A DNA stretch of 64,000 nt from assembly GCA_041576165.1 (NCBI GenBank), contig JBFGLM010000002.1:96001-160000 (forward strand), read 5' to 3'. The notes below the pieces were generated by a model that searched no databases, had not been told where the DNA came from, and was given only the letters and a program-made list of their open reading frames with translations. Origin of the DNA: Acidimicrobiia bacterium. Lineage in GTDB: Bacteria > Actinomycetota > Acidimicrobiia > Spongiisociales > Spongiisociaceae. Positions 1 through 8,992 of this stretch are shown one piece after another. A program made the translations under genes and the position numbers. Every line of letters starts with the position of its first letter. Within the stretch, counting starts at the first letter, position 1.

Positions 1-1
1 G

Positions 2-337
2 ACCGGTCTCCAATCCATGCATCCGGGGGGTGACTTCCTTCGGTGGCTCAACGTGCCGACCGGCATCGGAAGCCGCTACTACGCCCTCGCCGGCAATTTC
101 GAGCCGGCGGACCGGGGGTGGGCGAACTGGGCCAAGAACCACCTCATGGACGCAATATTCCAAGGTAACAATGATCTTGTCGTACCGACCAAGGGTGTCT
201 TTGCCGCCAACGGATCCACCCAGTTCCCGGTGGACCAGCGACTGGAGTTCGGTGCCGACGCCGGTATCAACCACAGCACCTTCTTCGCAGACCAGATCGT
301 CCAGGACAGACTGCTGTCGTGGCTCGGGTCGGGCTAG
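2..337 (+). CDS. C-terminal fragment of an alpha/beta-hydrolase (lipase/esterase-like) protein, 5'-truncated by the window edge
   Basis: Frame is open from base 2 (TGLQSMHPGGDFLRWLN...). YYALAG, NDLVVP (candidate catalytic Asp) and INHSTFF (candidate catalytic His) fit the C-terminal half of small lipase-like folds. Confidence 0.6.
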   Translation, partial: TGLQSMHPGGDFLRWLNVPTGIGSRYYALAGNFEPADRGWANWAKNHLMDAIFQGNNDLVVPTKGVFAANGSTQFPVDQRLEFGADAGINHSTFFADQIVQDRLLSWLGSG

Positions 338-432
338 CGCGGCCTGGTTTTCAACCGTCCGGCATCGGACGGTCGAGATGCGTAGGGTCGGGACGGGACT
401 GGGGGTAGAAGTCGCACGTGGGACAAGGTCGG

Positions 433-3400
433 ATGGTGGCGAGCGGCGATCCACAAACATATGAACGCCCGGTCGCAAGGCCGGTGGCCGGCCGTCGTAC
501 GTTCGCCCTGTGGCTCATCGTCGCGGCTGCCCTTCTCGTCATAGCGGCAACGCTGGCGGCACTGCCGATAGCTCATGGACTGGAGGAACACTGCACCGGC
601 GATATCGTCGTCATGATCGATGCGCCGCTGCGGGCCGGTCCGCTCGATTGGTCGTTCAGCACCGAGGTTGTCGACCTCTCGGGTGACCCGATCCCCCCCG
701 GCACCTACGACGTCAGCCTGGTGACTTCCGACCCAGGGCACGCGCAGCCGGGGGACGTGAGCCAGCCGGCCGAAATCTGGTACGTCGAGCTGCTCGATGC
801 CGATACGAGTCCGATCTACACCTCCGAGTGGACGACCGACCTGGCCGATACCGCTACCGAGCGGATTGATGCCGTCCAGCCCCAGGCGGTTCTCGAGTCC
901 GCCGCCATCACGCTGGTCGCGCGCCACGCCATCGAGGAGATCGAGCGCGACGGGAACGGCAACATCGTGGCCAGCGGCATCAACTCGCTCACCGCGGTGT
1001 GCGCCATCTTCAACTCGGTCTCCATGCCTGTTCTGCCCCTGGAGGTTGGCATCGCAGCCGAGGTGGATCCCGGATCAGTGACGGTCGGCGCCGCCTCCCC
1101 CGCGACCTTCCAGCTTTCGATCAGCAATATCGGCCAGGCTCCAGCCGGCGAGCTGGTGATCGATCAGCCCTTGTGCGGAGACGTCACGGGTCAAACGCTC
1201 GCTCCTGGCGGCGTGGTGACGGTGTCATGCCAGGTCGACGTGTCTCACGGCGGGGTGCTCGATTTGAGAGTCACGGGCGTGAGCGACGGCCGGGCGGTCG
1301 CCGGCGAGACGATGCTGGCGGTGCTCGTCTCAGAGCTCATGATCGAGCCCGAGGCACCGCTGGTTCAGGGGACCCAGGGCGGGTCAGCCACCATTGAGGG
1401 GGTCATCCGCGACAGTGGAACAGTGGCGCTGGCCGAGGTCACGCCCGCGGTCACCGGGCTGCCCGCCGGGGTCACTGCCTCCTGCGGCGCGGCCCCCGAC
1501 CTGGCCCCAGATCAAGAATCCAGCTTCACCTGTTCGCTCGCCGGTGTCGCCGCTGGTGGATCGGCGTTCGACGTTGCCGTCGGTGTGACCGCGGTGAGCG
1601 CCAACCCGGCCCGGGTGGCGGCGGCCGATACCGCCACTGTGACCGTCGTGCCGTGGGAGTCGCAGCCGGCGCTCACGATCGAGATCACACCGGAGACGAT
1701 CACGGTGACCGAGGGGGATACGGTGCAGTACACCGTCGTCGTGGGAGCCGCCGGTATCAATGTGCCTATCGACGTGATGGTTGATACTCCGGCCGACCAA
1801 TGCAGCCGCCAGATTCCGGCCGGCGCCGCCTTCCCCGATGTCCTGACGTGTGAGGTCGTGGCGACCAACACAACCACGATCGATGCGACGGCAACGGCCG
1901 ACACCGGAGGCGCCCAGCCACTCACGGCCACCGATGTATCGACCTTGATCGTCGAGGGCCTGGTCGACATCGAGCTGGACGTCTCGCTAGACGAGCAAAG
2001 GATCGACGTGGGAGACACGGTCGAAATGAGGGTGCTGGTGCGGAACCTCGGCCCGGCTAAGTCCGGGAAGGTGACGGTTGAGATTGATCTGCCCTCAACG
2101 ATCGGCACCGTGAGGTGCTCGGGCCCGCCCGCCGACACATTTGTTTGCTCACGCTGGGTTATCGAAGATGGTCTCGAGAAGGATGACCAGGCGGTTGCCT
2201 CCTACATCCTGCGCGGCGCGGCAGCCGGCTCCGACCCGATAGTTGCCGAAGTCGTTGAAATCGAGGGTGCCCGCGATACCGACTCGGAGCCAGACGACCA
2301 GACCGGCGACGACCACGACTCTGAGGCCCTGATCGTCGAGCGGCCGCCGAATCGCATCATCCCTCGGGGCACCATCAGCGGCTGTGTCTTTCTCGACGAC
2401 GACGAAGACGGCGAACTCGACACCGGCGAAGAGCTGCTCGACGGTGTCCGGGTGTTTTCGGGCTCCAGCAGCGACTTGACCGCCGGCTCGGGGTATTCGT
2501 TCCGGATAGAGGCCGGCACCTACCGGGTGGCGGTCGATGTGGACACCCTGCCGGGTCTCTTCGACTTCTCGACTCCCGCGACCCGCCTTGTCACGGTCCG
2601 GGCCAACCGAACAACGTCCGACATCTGCTTCGGCGTCGTGCCGACCGGCGTCTACACCTTCACCCTTACCGCCGATCCGGCAGAGATCCAGATCGATTCC
2701 ACGGCGGCCGTGAGCGTGCTCGTCGACGGCCCGGACCGGCCCGACGTCCCGGTCATCTTCGATCCGCTGCCCGGCGGCTTGGAGCTGGTCGGTCCCCGCC
2801 GGGTCGACGTGACTGTGGGCGAGCCCTTCGACGTCGAGATCAAAGGGGAACAAAACGGTCGATATTTGATATCAGCGCGAGCCCAAACCGACGGCGTCAC
2901 GGGACCAGTGGCAACGACTGCGCTGATTGTCATGCTTCCCCCCTCCAAGATAGGGGGCACGGTATTCGTGGATTCCGACGGGGACGGCGTGCTGGACCCC
3001 GACGAGGAGCCGCCGGCAGACGCATCGACCCTGCGGGTCCTGGCGATCAAACGCGACAAGATCCAGCCGGCCGCCGCTCAATCTGCGGGCTCGGGGCTCG
3101 GGTACTACGGCTCGGGGGTCCTTCAGTCCCGGATATCCCTGTTCCAGGGCGCGTCGCTGCTCGGCTTCGTCTTCTTCGTGGATGAAAACGGCCGCTACGT
3201 TACAGAGACGCTCACGCCGGGCAAGTACCAGCTGGAGCTGATCGATTCGGCCGACCGGCGCATCGAGTCGCTGCCCGAGGGCCGCCAGATCGCCCTGCCC
3301 CGCGACGCCGGCAATCACGACCTGGACTTTGCAGTGACCGCCCAGCTCGACGCCGACCGGATCAGCGGCCGGGTGTGGATCGACGAGAACGGTAACGGCG

Positions 3401-5769
3401 AGATAGATGACGGCGAACGGGGATGGGGCGGTGCCATGGTCACGATCTCCGACCTCGATGGGAACACCGAACCACAGATCGTGACGACCGAGCTGGTCGC
3501 GGGCGATGAGGCCCGATATGACGCGGTCGTCGAGCCGGGCCGCTATCGGGTCAGCATCGCCGATCAGGGGGGCGCCGAGCTGGGCTTCTCGACCGCGCAT
3601 CCGATCGACGTCGAGGTGCCCGGTGGCATCCCGTTCGACCAGGTGGACTTCGGCGTCACCGATGGGCCATTCGGCGTCATCAGTGGCGGCGTCTGGTGCG
3701 ATGTCAATGACAACGGAACGCTTGATCAAAACGAGACCAGCTTCCCCGGCGTTGTGACCTTGGGCGGGCCGGTCGGGCAGCGCACGGCCACTGTCCAGGC
3801 GGACGGGCACTACGAGTTCTCCGGGTTGAGCAAGGGCGATTACACGGTGGCCTACACCCAGCAGCGTTCCGAAGCCGACCCGATCGAAAAAAACGAGACG
3901 GTCACGCTCGGGCTGGCAGAGGTGAGAAACGACGTTGATCTCAAGCCCTGTCCCAAAGGTTCCATCGGCGGAATCATCTACGTCGACGAAAACAACAGCG
4001 GCTCCTTTGAAGAAGGAGCCGACCGCCCGGCGCGTGGGATCAGCGTCCAGTTGTGGCATTCAGGTGCTCCGATCTCGGAGCGAGCGGCCGTTGAGGTCGA
4101 GGATGTCCGAGAGGGGGAAGCCGCCCGATACCTGTTCCAGCATCTCGCCCCGGGCCTCTACAGGGTCGTCGTCATCGGTGCTGTTGATGACGCGACACTC
4201 GCCATCGGCCGGCGCACGCCCGTGACGATCGAGCCCGGTAGCACCGAGCGCGTCGATCTCGACGTGCGTTTCACCACACAGTCGGGCATCCCGCTCTGGG
4301 TGTGGGTCCTCCTCGGCGGCGCGGCGGCCTTGGCGATCCTGTACTACCTGACGCGGCACGTGCCGGTGCCCATGCCTGTCCCCATCCCAGGGTCGCCGCC
4401 TACCGACCGGGGGCCACCGACCCCGACCCCGTATCCGGGTGTCCGGCCCTTCGGACCGGCCGAGGCGCCGGTATTCGCCGGACGAGAACGCGAGATCAGG
4501 GCGCTCGAAGCTCTGACGTATCCCAACAGGATCCTGCTGCTGTACGGCCCGGCCGGTGCCGGCAAGACCTCGCTGCTGCAAGCTGGGTACATCCCTGCGC
4601 TCGACCCAACGGAATTCGAGGTCCTGCCCACTGCCCGCTTCCAGCTTGGACCGCCGCGCCCGCCCACGGATGGCGCCAACGTCTTCTCATATGCGGTGCT
4701 CTCTTACCTGTCTCAGTCCGCCGTGCCGGCTGCCGCCACCCTGGCGGATTACCTAGATCAGCGCCCGCCGATTGTTGGGGAATTCGACGTCGAGGTGGCG
4801 CGGGTGATCGTGATCGACGAGTTCCAGGAGATGTTCCGGCTCTATCCGGAGTACTGGCACCAGCGTCAATCCTTCTTCGATCAGATCGGCGAGGCGCTGG
4901 AATCCGATCCGCTGGTCCGGTTCGTGCTGTGCATCGACGAGCATGAGATGGGGGAGCTGGAGCCATTCATCGAGCAGTTCGGGCCACACGTCGTCTCGGA
5001 ATACCGAATCGAGCCGCTCCGGCCGGAGCAAGCGCTGGCGGCGATCTCCCATCCTGCGGAGCTGGACGGACGGCGTATGTCCGAGGCGGCGGCCGCGGCG
5101 TTGGTGGACGAGGCTCGCACCGTGCGTGCCGAGCATGACGGGCACCGGATCGAGGTTGTGTACGAGCATGCCGACCCGATGGCACTCCAGCTCAGCGCCG
5201 AAGCTACCTGGCGCCACGCTGACGGTGACGAGATTGGGCCCGACGACATCGTCGGGTGGGAGGATGGCGATGCTGCGATCGAGGCGTTCTACGAATCGAT
5301 CGTGGCCGCGGTGGCTCCCCAGGCCGGTGAAGCCGCGTTGAGAGAGTGGTGTGAGCGGGTTCTGATCGACCCGACCGGCAACCGGGCGGTGCTGGTCCCG
5401 GGTCGCGGCGGCGCCCGCCAGATGCCGGCCGACGTCATCGAATCGTTGACCATGCACACCTTGCTGGTCGGGTCGGTACGCGGAGACGTCCGCTGGCTGG
5501 AGCTGGCGCATGATCGTCTCGTGCCTGCCATCGAGCTCAGCAACCGGAAATGGAGGGAACAAACGCTGATCGAGGCATCGGCCGGCCTGCTCTCGGCCGC
5601 GGCCCGGATCTGGGAACGGCATGGCCGGGATGAAGACGGCCTCCTCGTGGACGGTGCGTTGACCGACGCCCGTCTGTGGGCGGCGGCGTATCCCACGCGG
5701 GTGGGTCCGCTCGAGCGTGAATACCTGGAGGCCAGCATCGCCGCCAGCGAGCGACCCGTCGGCAGCTGA
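433..5769 (+). CDS. Receptor-like membrane protein: signal peptide, Ig-like/DUF11 domains, 5 SdrD-B-like repeats, TM helix, Pro-rich linker, nSTAND1 NTPase
   Basis: Long ORF (start GTG 418 or ATG 433) with an RR-hydrophobic N-terminus. Five G-x-V/I-(F/W/Y)-x-D-x-D/N-x-D/N/S-G repeats at ~2368, 2944, 3355, 3673, 3958. TM helix GIPLWVWVLLGGAAALAILYYL at ~4285-4350. nSTAND1-type motifs PYPGVRPF..FAGRERE, Walker A GPAGAGKTSLLQAG, Walker B VIVIDEFQE, and ELAHDRL. Confidence 0.88.
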   Translation: MVASGDPQTYERPVARPVAGRRTFALWLIVAAALLVIAATLAALPIAHGLEEHCTGDIVVMIDAPLRAGPLDWSFSTEVVDLSGDPIPPGTYDVSLVTSDPGHAQPGDVSQPAEIWYVELLDADTSPIYTSEWTTDLADTATERIDAVQPQAVLESAAITLVARHAIEEIERDGNGNIVASGINSLTAVCAIFNSVSMPVLPLEVGIAAEVDPGSVTVGAASPATFQLSISNIGQAPAGELVIDQPLCGDVTGQTLAPGGVVTVSCQVDVSHGGVLDLRVTGVSDGRAVAGETMLAVLVSELMIEPEAPLVQGTQGGSATIEGVIRDSGTVALAEVTPAVTGLPAGVTASCGAAPDLAPDQESSFTCSLAGVAAGGSAFDVAVGVTAVSANPARVAAADTATVTVVPWESQPALTIEITPETITVTEGDTVQYTVVVGAAGINVPIDVMVDTPADQCSRQIPAGAAFPDVLTCEVVATNTTTIDATATADTGGAQPLTATDVSTLIVEGLVDIELDVSLDEQRIDVGDTVEMRVLVRNLGPAKSGKVTVEIDLPSTIGTVRCSGPPADTFVCSRWVIEDGLEKDDQAVASYILRGAAAGSDPIVAEVVEIEGARDTDSEPDDQTGDDHDSEALIVERPPNRIIPRGTISGCVFLDDDEDGELDTGEELLDGVRVFSGSSSDLTAGSGYSFRIEAGTYRVAVDVDTLPGLFDFSTPATRLVTVRANRTTSDICFGVVPTGVYTFTLTADPAEIQIDSTAAVSVLVDGPDRPDVPVIFDPLPGGLELVGPRRVDVTVGEPFDVEIKGEQNGRYLISARAQTDGVTGPVATTALIVMLPPSKIGGTVFVDSDGDGVLDPDEEPPADASTLRVLAIKRDKIQPAAAQSAGSGLGYYGSGVLQSRISLFQGASLLGFVFFVDENGRYVTETLTPGKYQLELIDSADRRIESLPEGRQIALPRDAGNHDLDFAVTAQLDADRISGRVWIDENGNGEIDDGERGWGGAMVTISDLDGNTEPQIVTTELVAGDEARYDAVVEPGRYRVSIADQGGAELGFSTAHPIDVEVPGGIPFDQVDFGVTDGPFGVISGGVWCDVNDNGTLDQNETSFPGVVTLGGPVGQRTATVQADGHYEFSGLSKGDYTVAYTQQRSEADPIEKNETVTLGLAEVRNDVDLKPCPKGSIGGIIYVDENNSGSFEEGADRPARGISVQLWHSGAPISERAAVEVEDVREGEAARYLFQHLAPGLYRVVVIGAVDDATLAIGRRTPVTIEPGSTERVDLDVRFTTQSGIPLWVWVLLGGAAALAILYYLTRHVPVPMPVPIPGSPPTDRGPPTPTPYPGVRPFGPAEAPVFAGREREIRALEALTYPNRILLLYGPAGAGKTSLLQAGYIPALDPTEFEVLPTARFQLGPPRPPTDGANVFSYAVLSYLSQSAVPAAATLADYLDQRPPIVGEFDVEVARVIVIDEFQEMFRLYPEYWHQRQSFFDQIGEALESDPLVRFVLCIDEHEMGELEPFIEQFGPHVVSEYRIEPLRPEQALAAISHPAELDGRRMSEAAAAALVDEARTVRAEHDGHRIEVVYEHADPMALQLSAEATWRHADGDEIGPDDIVGWEDGDAAIEAFYESIVAAVAPQAGEAALREWCERVLIDPTGNRAVLVPGRGGARQMPADVIESLTMHTLLVGSVRGDVRWLELAHDRLVPAIELSNRKWREQTLIEASAGLLSAAARIWERHGRDEDGLLVDGALTDARLWAAAYPTRVGPLEREYLEASIAASERPVGS

Positions 5770-5785
5770 GCTCGATCGCTGCTGG

Positions 5786-7210
5786 CTAACTGATGGCGGC
5801 GGTCTCTCCCCACCGCCGGCGCAGCTCGTCGGTGAACTCCTCGGGCTTGCCGGGATACAGCGATAGGTTCCACTGCTGGTTGAAGTAGCCCTTGACGTAG
5901 TCGATCATGCCCGGGTCGGCGTCCGGGCTGACCTGCACCGCCACATTGAGGAGCTGGTTGCTGACTCCGTGCCGGAAGCGGGGCAGGATGGCGTGAAGGA
6001 GCGCCCGGAATCCCAGGTCGTCCCAGTCGAAACCCAGGAACAGCAAGGCCCCTTTGCCAATCGCGTGCAGGATCGCCTGGGGCAACGTCGTCTGATCGCT
6101 GGTGACCCCTACTGCGAACGACAGGTAGTCGTCCTCGGACAGGATCATCGACTCGGCGTGGTGGTCGCCGCTGGTTCCGTATAGGTGATAGACGACCGGT
6201 TCGGTGGCTTTCAACTCGAACGAGGGGTCGTGGAGCCTGGAGGATTGTTCCGGCATGATCGCCTCGGACGGCCTATAGCGGTCGGACATCGGTATCCGCG
6301 GGTTGGGCTGCTCCTGCAGCGCCGCTTCGAGATACGCGTCCTGGTTGGTTGTCAGGTATACGGCAAGCGGCAGATCCGCCAGAATCCGGTACGGCGCAGT
6401 CTTGTCCGCCGCGTCGGAGATCTTCAGCTTCTCCAGCCGCTCGGACAAGGCATAGTTGGCCATCAGCTGGTCCTGAGAGTTCTTCACCTTCACGAACTGA
6501 ACCACCCGGGCAAACTCGCGCGCCCACCGGCGGGCCAACCTCTCCTGCGCGTCGGGCTCCTCGCTCGCCGCCAACTCGATCAGGTCGGCCGGTCGGTGAT
6601 AGCCGAACTTGTCCGCCCAGTCGGCGGCCAGGTCTGCCTTGATTCTGGTTGCGTCGGGTGACAAGCCGCCACCGAGGAAGGGCACCAACTTGCCGCGCTT
6701 GATATTGGCGATCAGCGCATCCCAGTCCTGGTCGGAGAAGCCGGTATCGGTGCTGCGCCACTCGATTGACCGGCTCTTGAACGTCTCCTCGATCTCTTCG
6801 ATCAGGGGCTCGAGGCTGGCCGCCTTCTCCTCGGTCAATTGGAAGGCTGGTTTCATCGCCACCTCGAGCAGCGCTTCCGGAAGCTCGTCCTGCGTGGGGC
6901 GCTCGACATCTGGCGCCATCAGCAACAGGATCCGGGCCGGGCCTCGTAGTGCCTGATGTAGCAGGTCGGCGATCGGATCGCCGTCTGTGTGCAGGGCTAC
7001 CGACCCGGTCTCGTCTTCGGCCAGCCATTGATCCCCGACGAGAACGACCAGCACCTCGGTATCGCTGAGCCGGTCGGCGCTGTCGGTATCCGGCGACGGC
7101 TGATCCAGAGCCACGTTGTGATCGCCGAAGTGCCGCGCCAGTAGCTCCCGGGTCGTTGAAGCAAGACCGGCCGTATCGGACCTGCGGTAACTGATCAGGA
7201 TCGTGGCCAC
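5786..7210 (-). CDS. TIR domain + SIR2-like (SIR2_2) domain protein
   Basis: GTG start at 7210 with GGAGG 5 nt upstream. N-terminal ILISYRRSDT..LARHFG..NV..D is TIR-like. C-terminal half has LVPFLGGGLS, YLTTNQD, VYHLYG and LLFLGF (SIR2_2 motif series). Confidence 0.85.
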   Translation of the reverse strand: MATILISYRRSDTAGLASTTRELLARHFGDHNVALDQPSPDTDSADRLSDTEVLVVLVGDQWLAEDETGSVALHTDGDPIADLLHQALRGPARILLLMAPDVERPTQDELPEALLEVAMKPAFQLTEEKAASLEPLIEEIEETFKSRSIEWRSTDTGFSDQDWDALIANIKRGKLVPFLGGGLSPDATRIKADLAADWADKFGYHRPADLIELAASEEPDAQERLARRWAREFARVVQFVKVKNSQDQLMANYALSERLEKLKISDAADKTAPYRILADLPLAVYLTTNQDAYLEAALQEQPNPRIPMSDRYRPSEAIMPEQSSRLHDPSFELKATEPVVYHLYGTSGDHHAESMILSEDDYLSFAVGVTSDQTTLPQAILHAIGKGALLFLGFDWDDLGFRALLHAILPRFRHGVSNQLLNVAVQVSPDADPGMIDYVKGYFNQQWNLSLYPGKPEEFTDELRRRWGETAAIS

Positions 7211-7288
7211 ATCGTCCTCCCGTTCGGTTTCCACCCTACGCATTCACCCGTGTCCGTGGCCGGCACCGCTTGGGTAGGGTGCTAGTCC

Positions 7289-8944
7289 ATGGATCTCGCG
7301 CAACTGCTGACCGAACTCGGTCAAGCGCTCGGCGCCCATGACGAGACGGCGGTGGCAGACATCGTTGACCTGGTCGTTGCGCACATCCTCGGGTCGGATG
7401 AGCCGTTCTCGCCCGAGCTGGCCACCGAGATGCTGGGCACGCTTTTCCACAAGCGCAGTTTCCAGTCGGTAGCACGGCTGGGCGATGCCCTGTTGCAGGT
7501 CGGCGTAGACGAGCCGAAGGTGCGGGGTTACTACGCAGGCGCTTTGGCTGAGGAAGGCTTCTTGACGCCGGCCGAATCGATGGCTGAGAGTCTCAAGTCC
7601 AATTCGGTGGAAGATCCAGCCGAGCGGGCGTGGGCGCAGGAGTTCCTGGGCGGGGTCCGATCCCGGCTGTACGTTCAGGCGACGGGCATGCGGGGGGCGC
7701 GCCGTGAGCGCTTCCTCGACGGAGCGCTATCGGAGTATTGGGGCGCGTACGACGTCGCCCCGGGCGACCACCCCTCTCACGGCATCCAGGTCGTCGGGTT
7801 GCTCAGGCGGGCGGAGGCCGACGGTGTTGACCCGGGCCATTACGGAGACACGACCGAGATCGCCCGCAGGGTGGCAGAGACCGTGCGTGATTCACTCCGA
7901 CCGTCGGACCTGGTCACAGCCGTCAAGGCGGCCGTCACGCTGGGCGACGGCCACGCCGCGCTGGAAGCCGCCACCCGGCTGATCAGCCATGAGCAGGCCG
8001 AGGCGTACGAGCTGAGTGCGCTGCTGTGGGATCTCACGAACATCTGGGGCGTCGACGAAGCACGCGACGACAACAAGCAGCTGATCGGGTTGATCAAGAC
8101 CGGGCTGATGCAGCGGCCCGACTTCAGTCGAGTCGAGCTGACGCCGTCGGAGGCGAGAGCCGCCGCCGAGGGCCTCGACCGGGTCGGAGCCGGCGCGGTA
8201 CCGAGCGGAGCGGCGGATATTCAGCAGGACATCCCGGGCCTGGAACGGATCCTCGGCAAGGAAGGCGTGCGGACCCGGCGGTGGATCCTCAACATGCTCG
8301 ATCGGAGCCGGGCCGTCGCTCGAATAGAGGACCACAGCGAGAAAGCGATGGGCACCGGCTTCCTAGTGCCCGGTCAGGCTCTGCACGATTCGCTCGGTGA
8401 GCAGATGGTGCTCGTCACCAACAACCACGTCATTGCGTCCCGGCCCGAACGCAACCAACTGAAGCCTCTCGAAGCCGTCGCCCGCTTCCAGGCGCTTGAG
8501 GAAGAGGGCGAACGGGCCGGCGTCGACGTAGGCGACCCGATCTTCGAGTCGCCCGTGGAGAAGCTAGACGTGTCCGTTCTCGAGTGCGGGGCCCCCGAGG
8601 GAATGACGCCTTACCGGATCGCCGAGGATCTGCCGGATCACGACGCCATCGATGAAACGGCCAAGGTCTACGTCATCGGGCACCCGGGGGGCCGTACGCA
8701 GTCATTCTCGCTCGACGACAATCTACTGATCGACTACGACGACGAGGTGCTTCACTACCGGTCGCCGACCGAACCGGGGAGTTCAGGGAGTCCGCTGTTC
8801 GATCAGCAGTGGAACCTGATCGGCCTGCATAGTCGCGGCAACGAGAACTTGCCCAAGCTCAGAGGCCAGCCGGGCCGGCGTGAAGCCAACATGGGTTTTC
8901 GCATCACTGCAGTGAGAGCGGCGATGGAAATCTCGCTGCGGTAG
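7289..8944 (+). CDS. Trypsin-like serine protease with N-terminal helical (TPR/DUF4071-like) region
   Basis: GTGFLV, TNNHV (His), KLDVSVL (Asp), YVIGHPGG and TEPGSSGSPLF..W.LIGLH (Ser). The first ~300 aa have an amphipathic helical pattern and no signal peptide. Confidence 0.9.
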   Translation: MDLAQLLTELGQALGAHDETAVADIVDLVVAHILGSDEPFSPELATEMLGTLFHKRSFQSVARLGDALLQVGVDEPKVRGYYAGALAEEGFLTPAESMAESLKSNSVEDPAERAWAQEFLGGVRSRLYVQATGMRGARRERFLDGALSEYWGAYDVAPGDHPSHGIQVVGLLRRAEADGVDPGHYGDTTEIARRVAETVRDSLRPSDLVTAVKAAVTLGDGHAALEAATRLISHEQAEAYELSALLWDLTNIWGVDEARDDNKQLIGLIKTGLMQRPDFSRVELTPSEARAAAEGLDRVGAGAVPSGAADIQQDIPGLERILGKEGVRTRRWILNMLDRSRAVARIEDHSEKAMGTGFLVPGQALHDSLGEQMVLVTNNHVIASRPERNQLKPLEAVARFQALEEEGERAGVDVGDPIFESPVEKLDVSVLECGAPEGMTPYRIAEDLPDHDAIDETAKVYVIGHPGGRTQSFSLDDNLLIDYDDEVLHYRSPTEPGSSGSPLFDQQWNLIGLHSRGNENLPKLRGQPGRREANMGFRITAVRAAMEISLR

Positions 8945-8992
8945 CGCTCGCTGTGCCCGCCCGAACCGAGTTCAGGGCGGGGCCGTCGCGGC

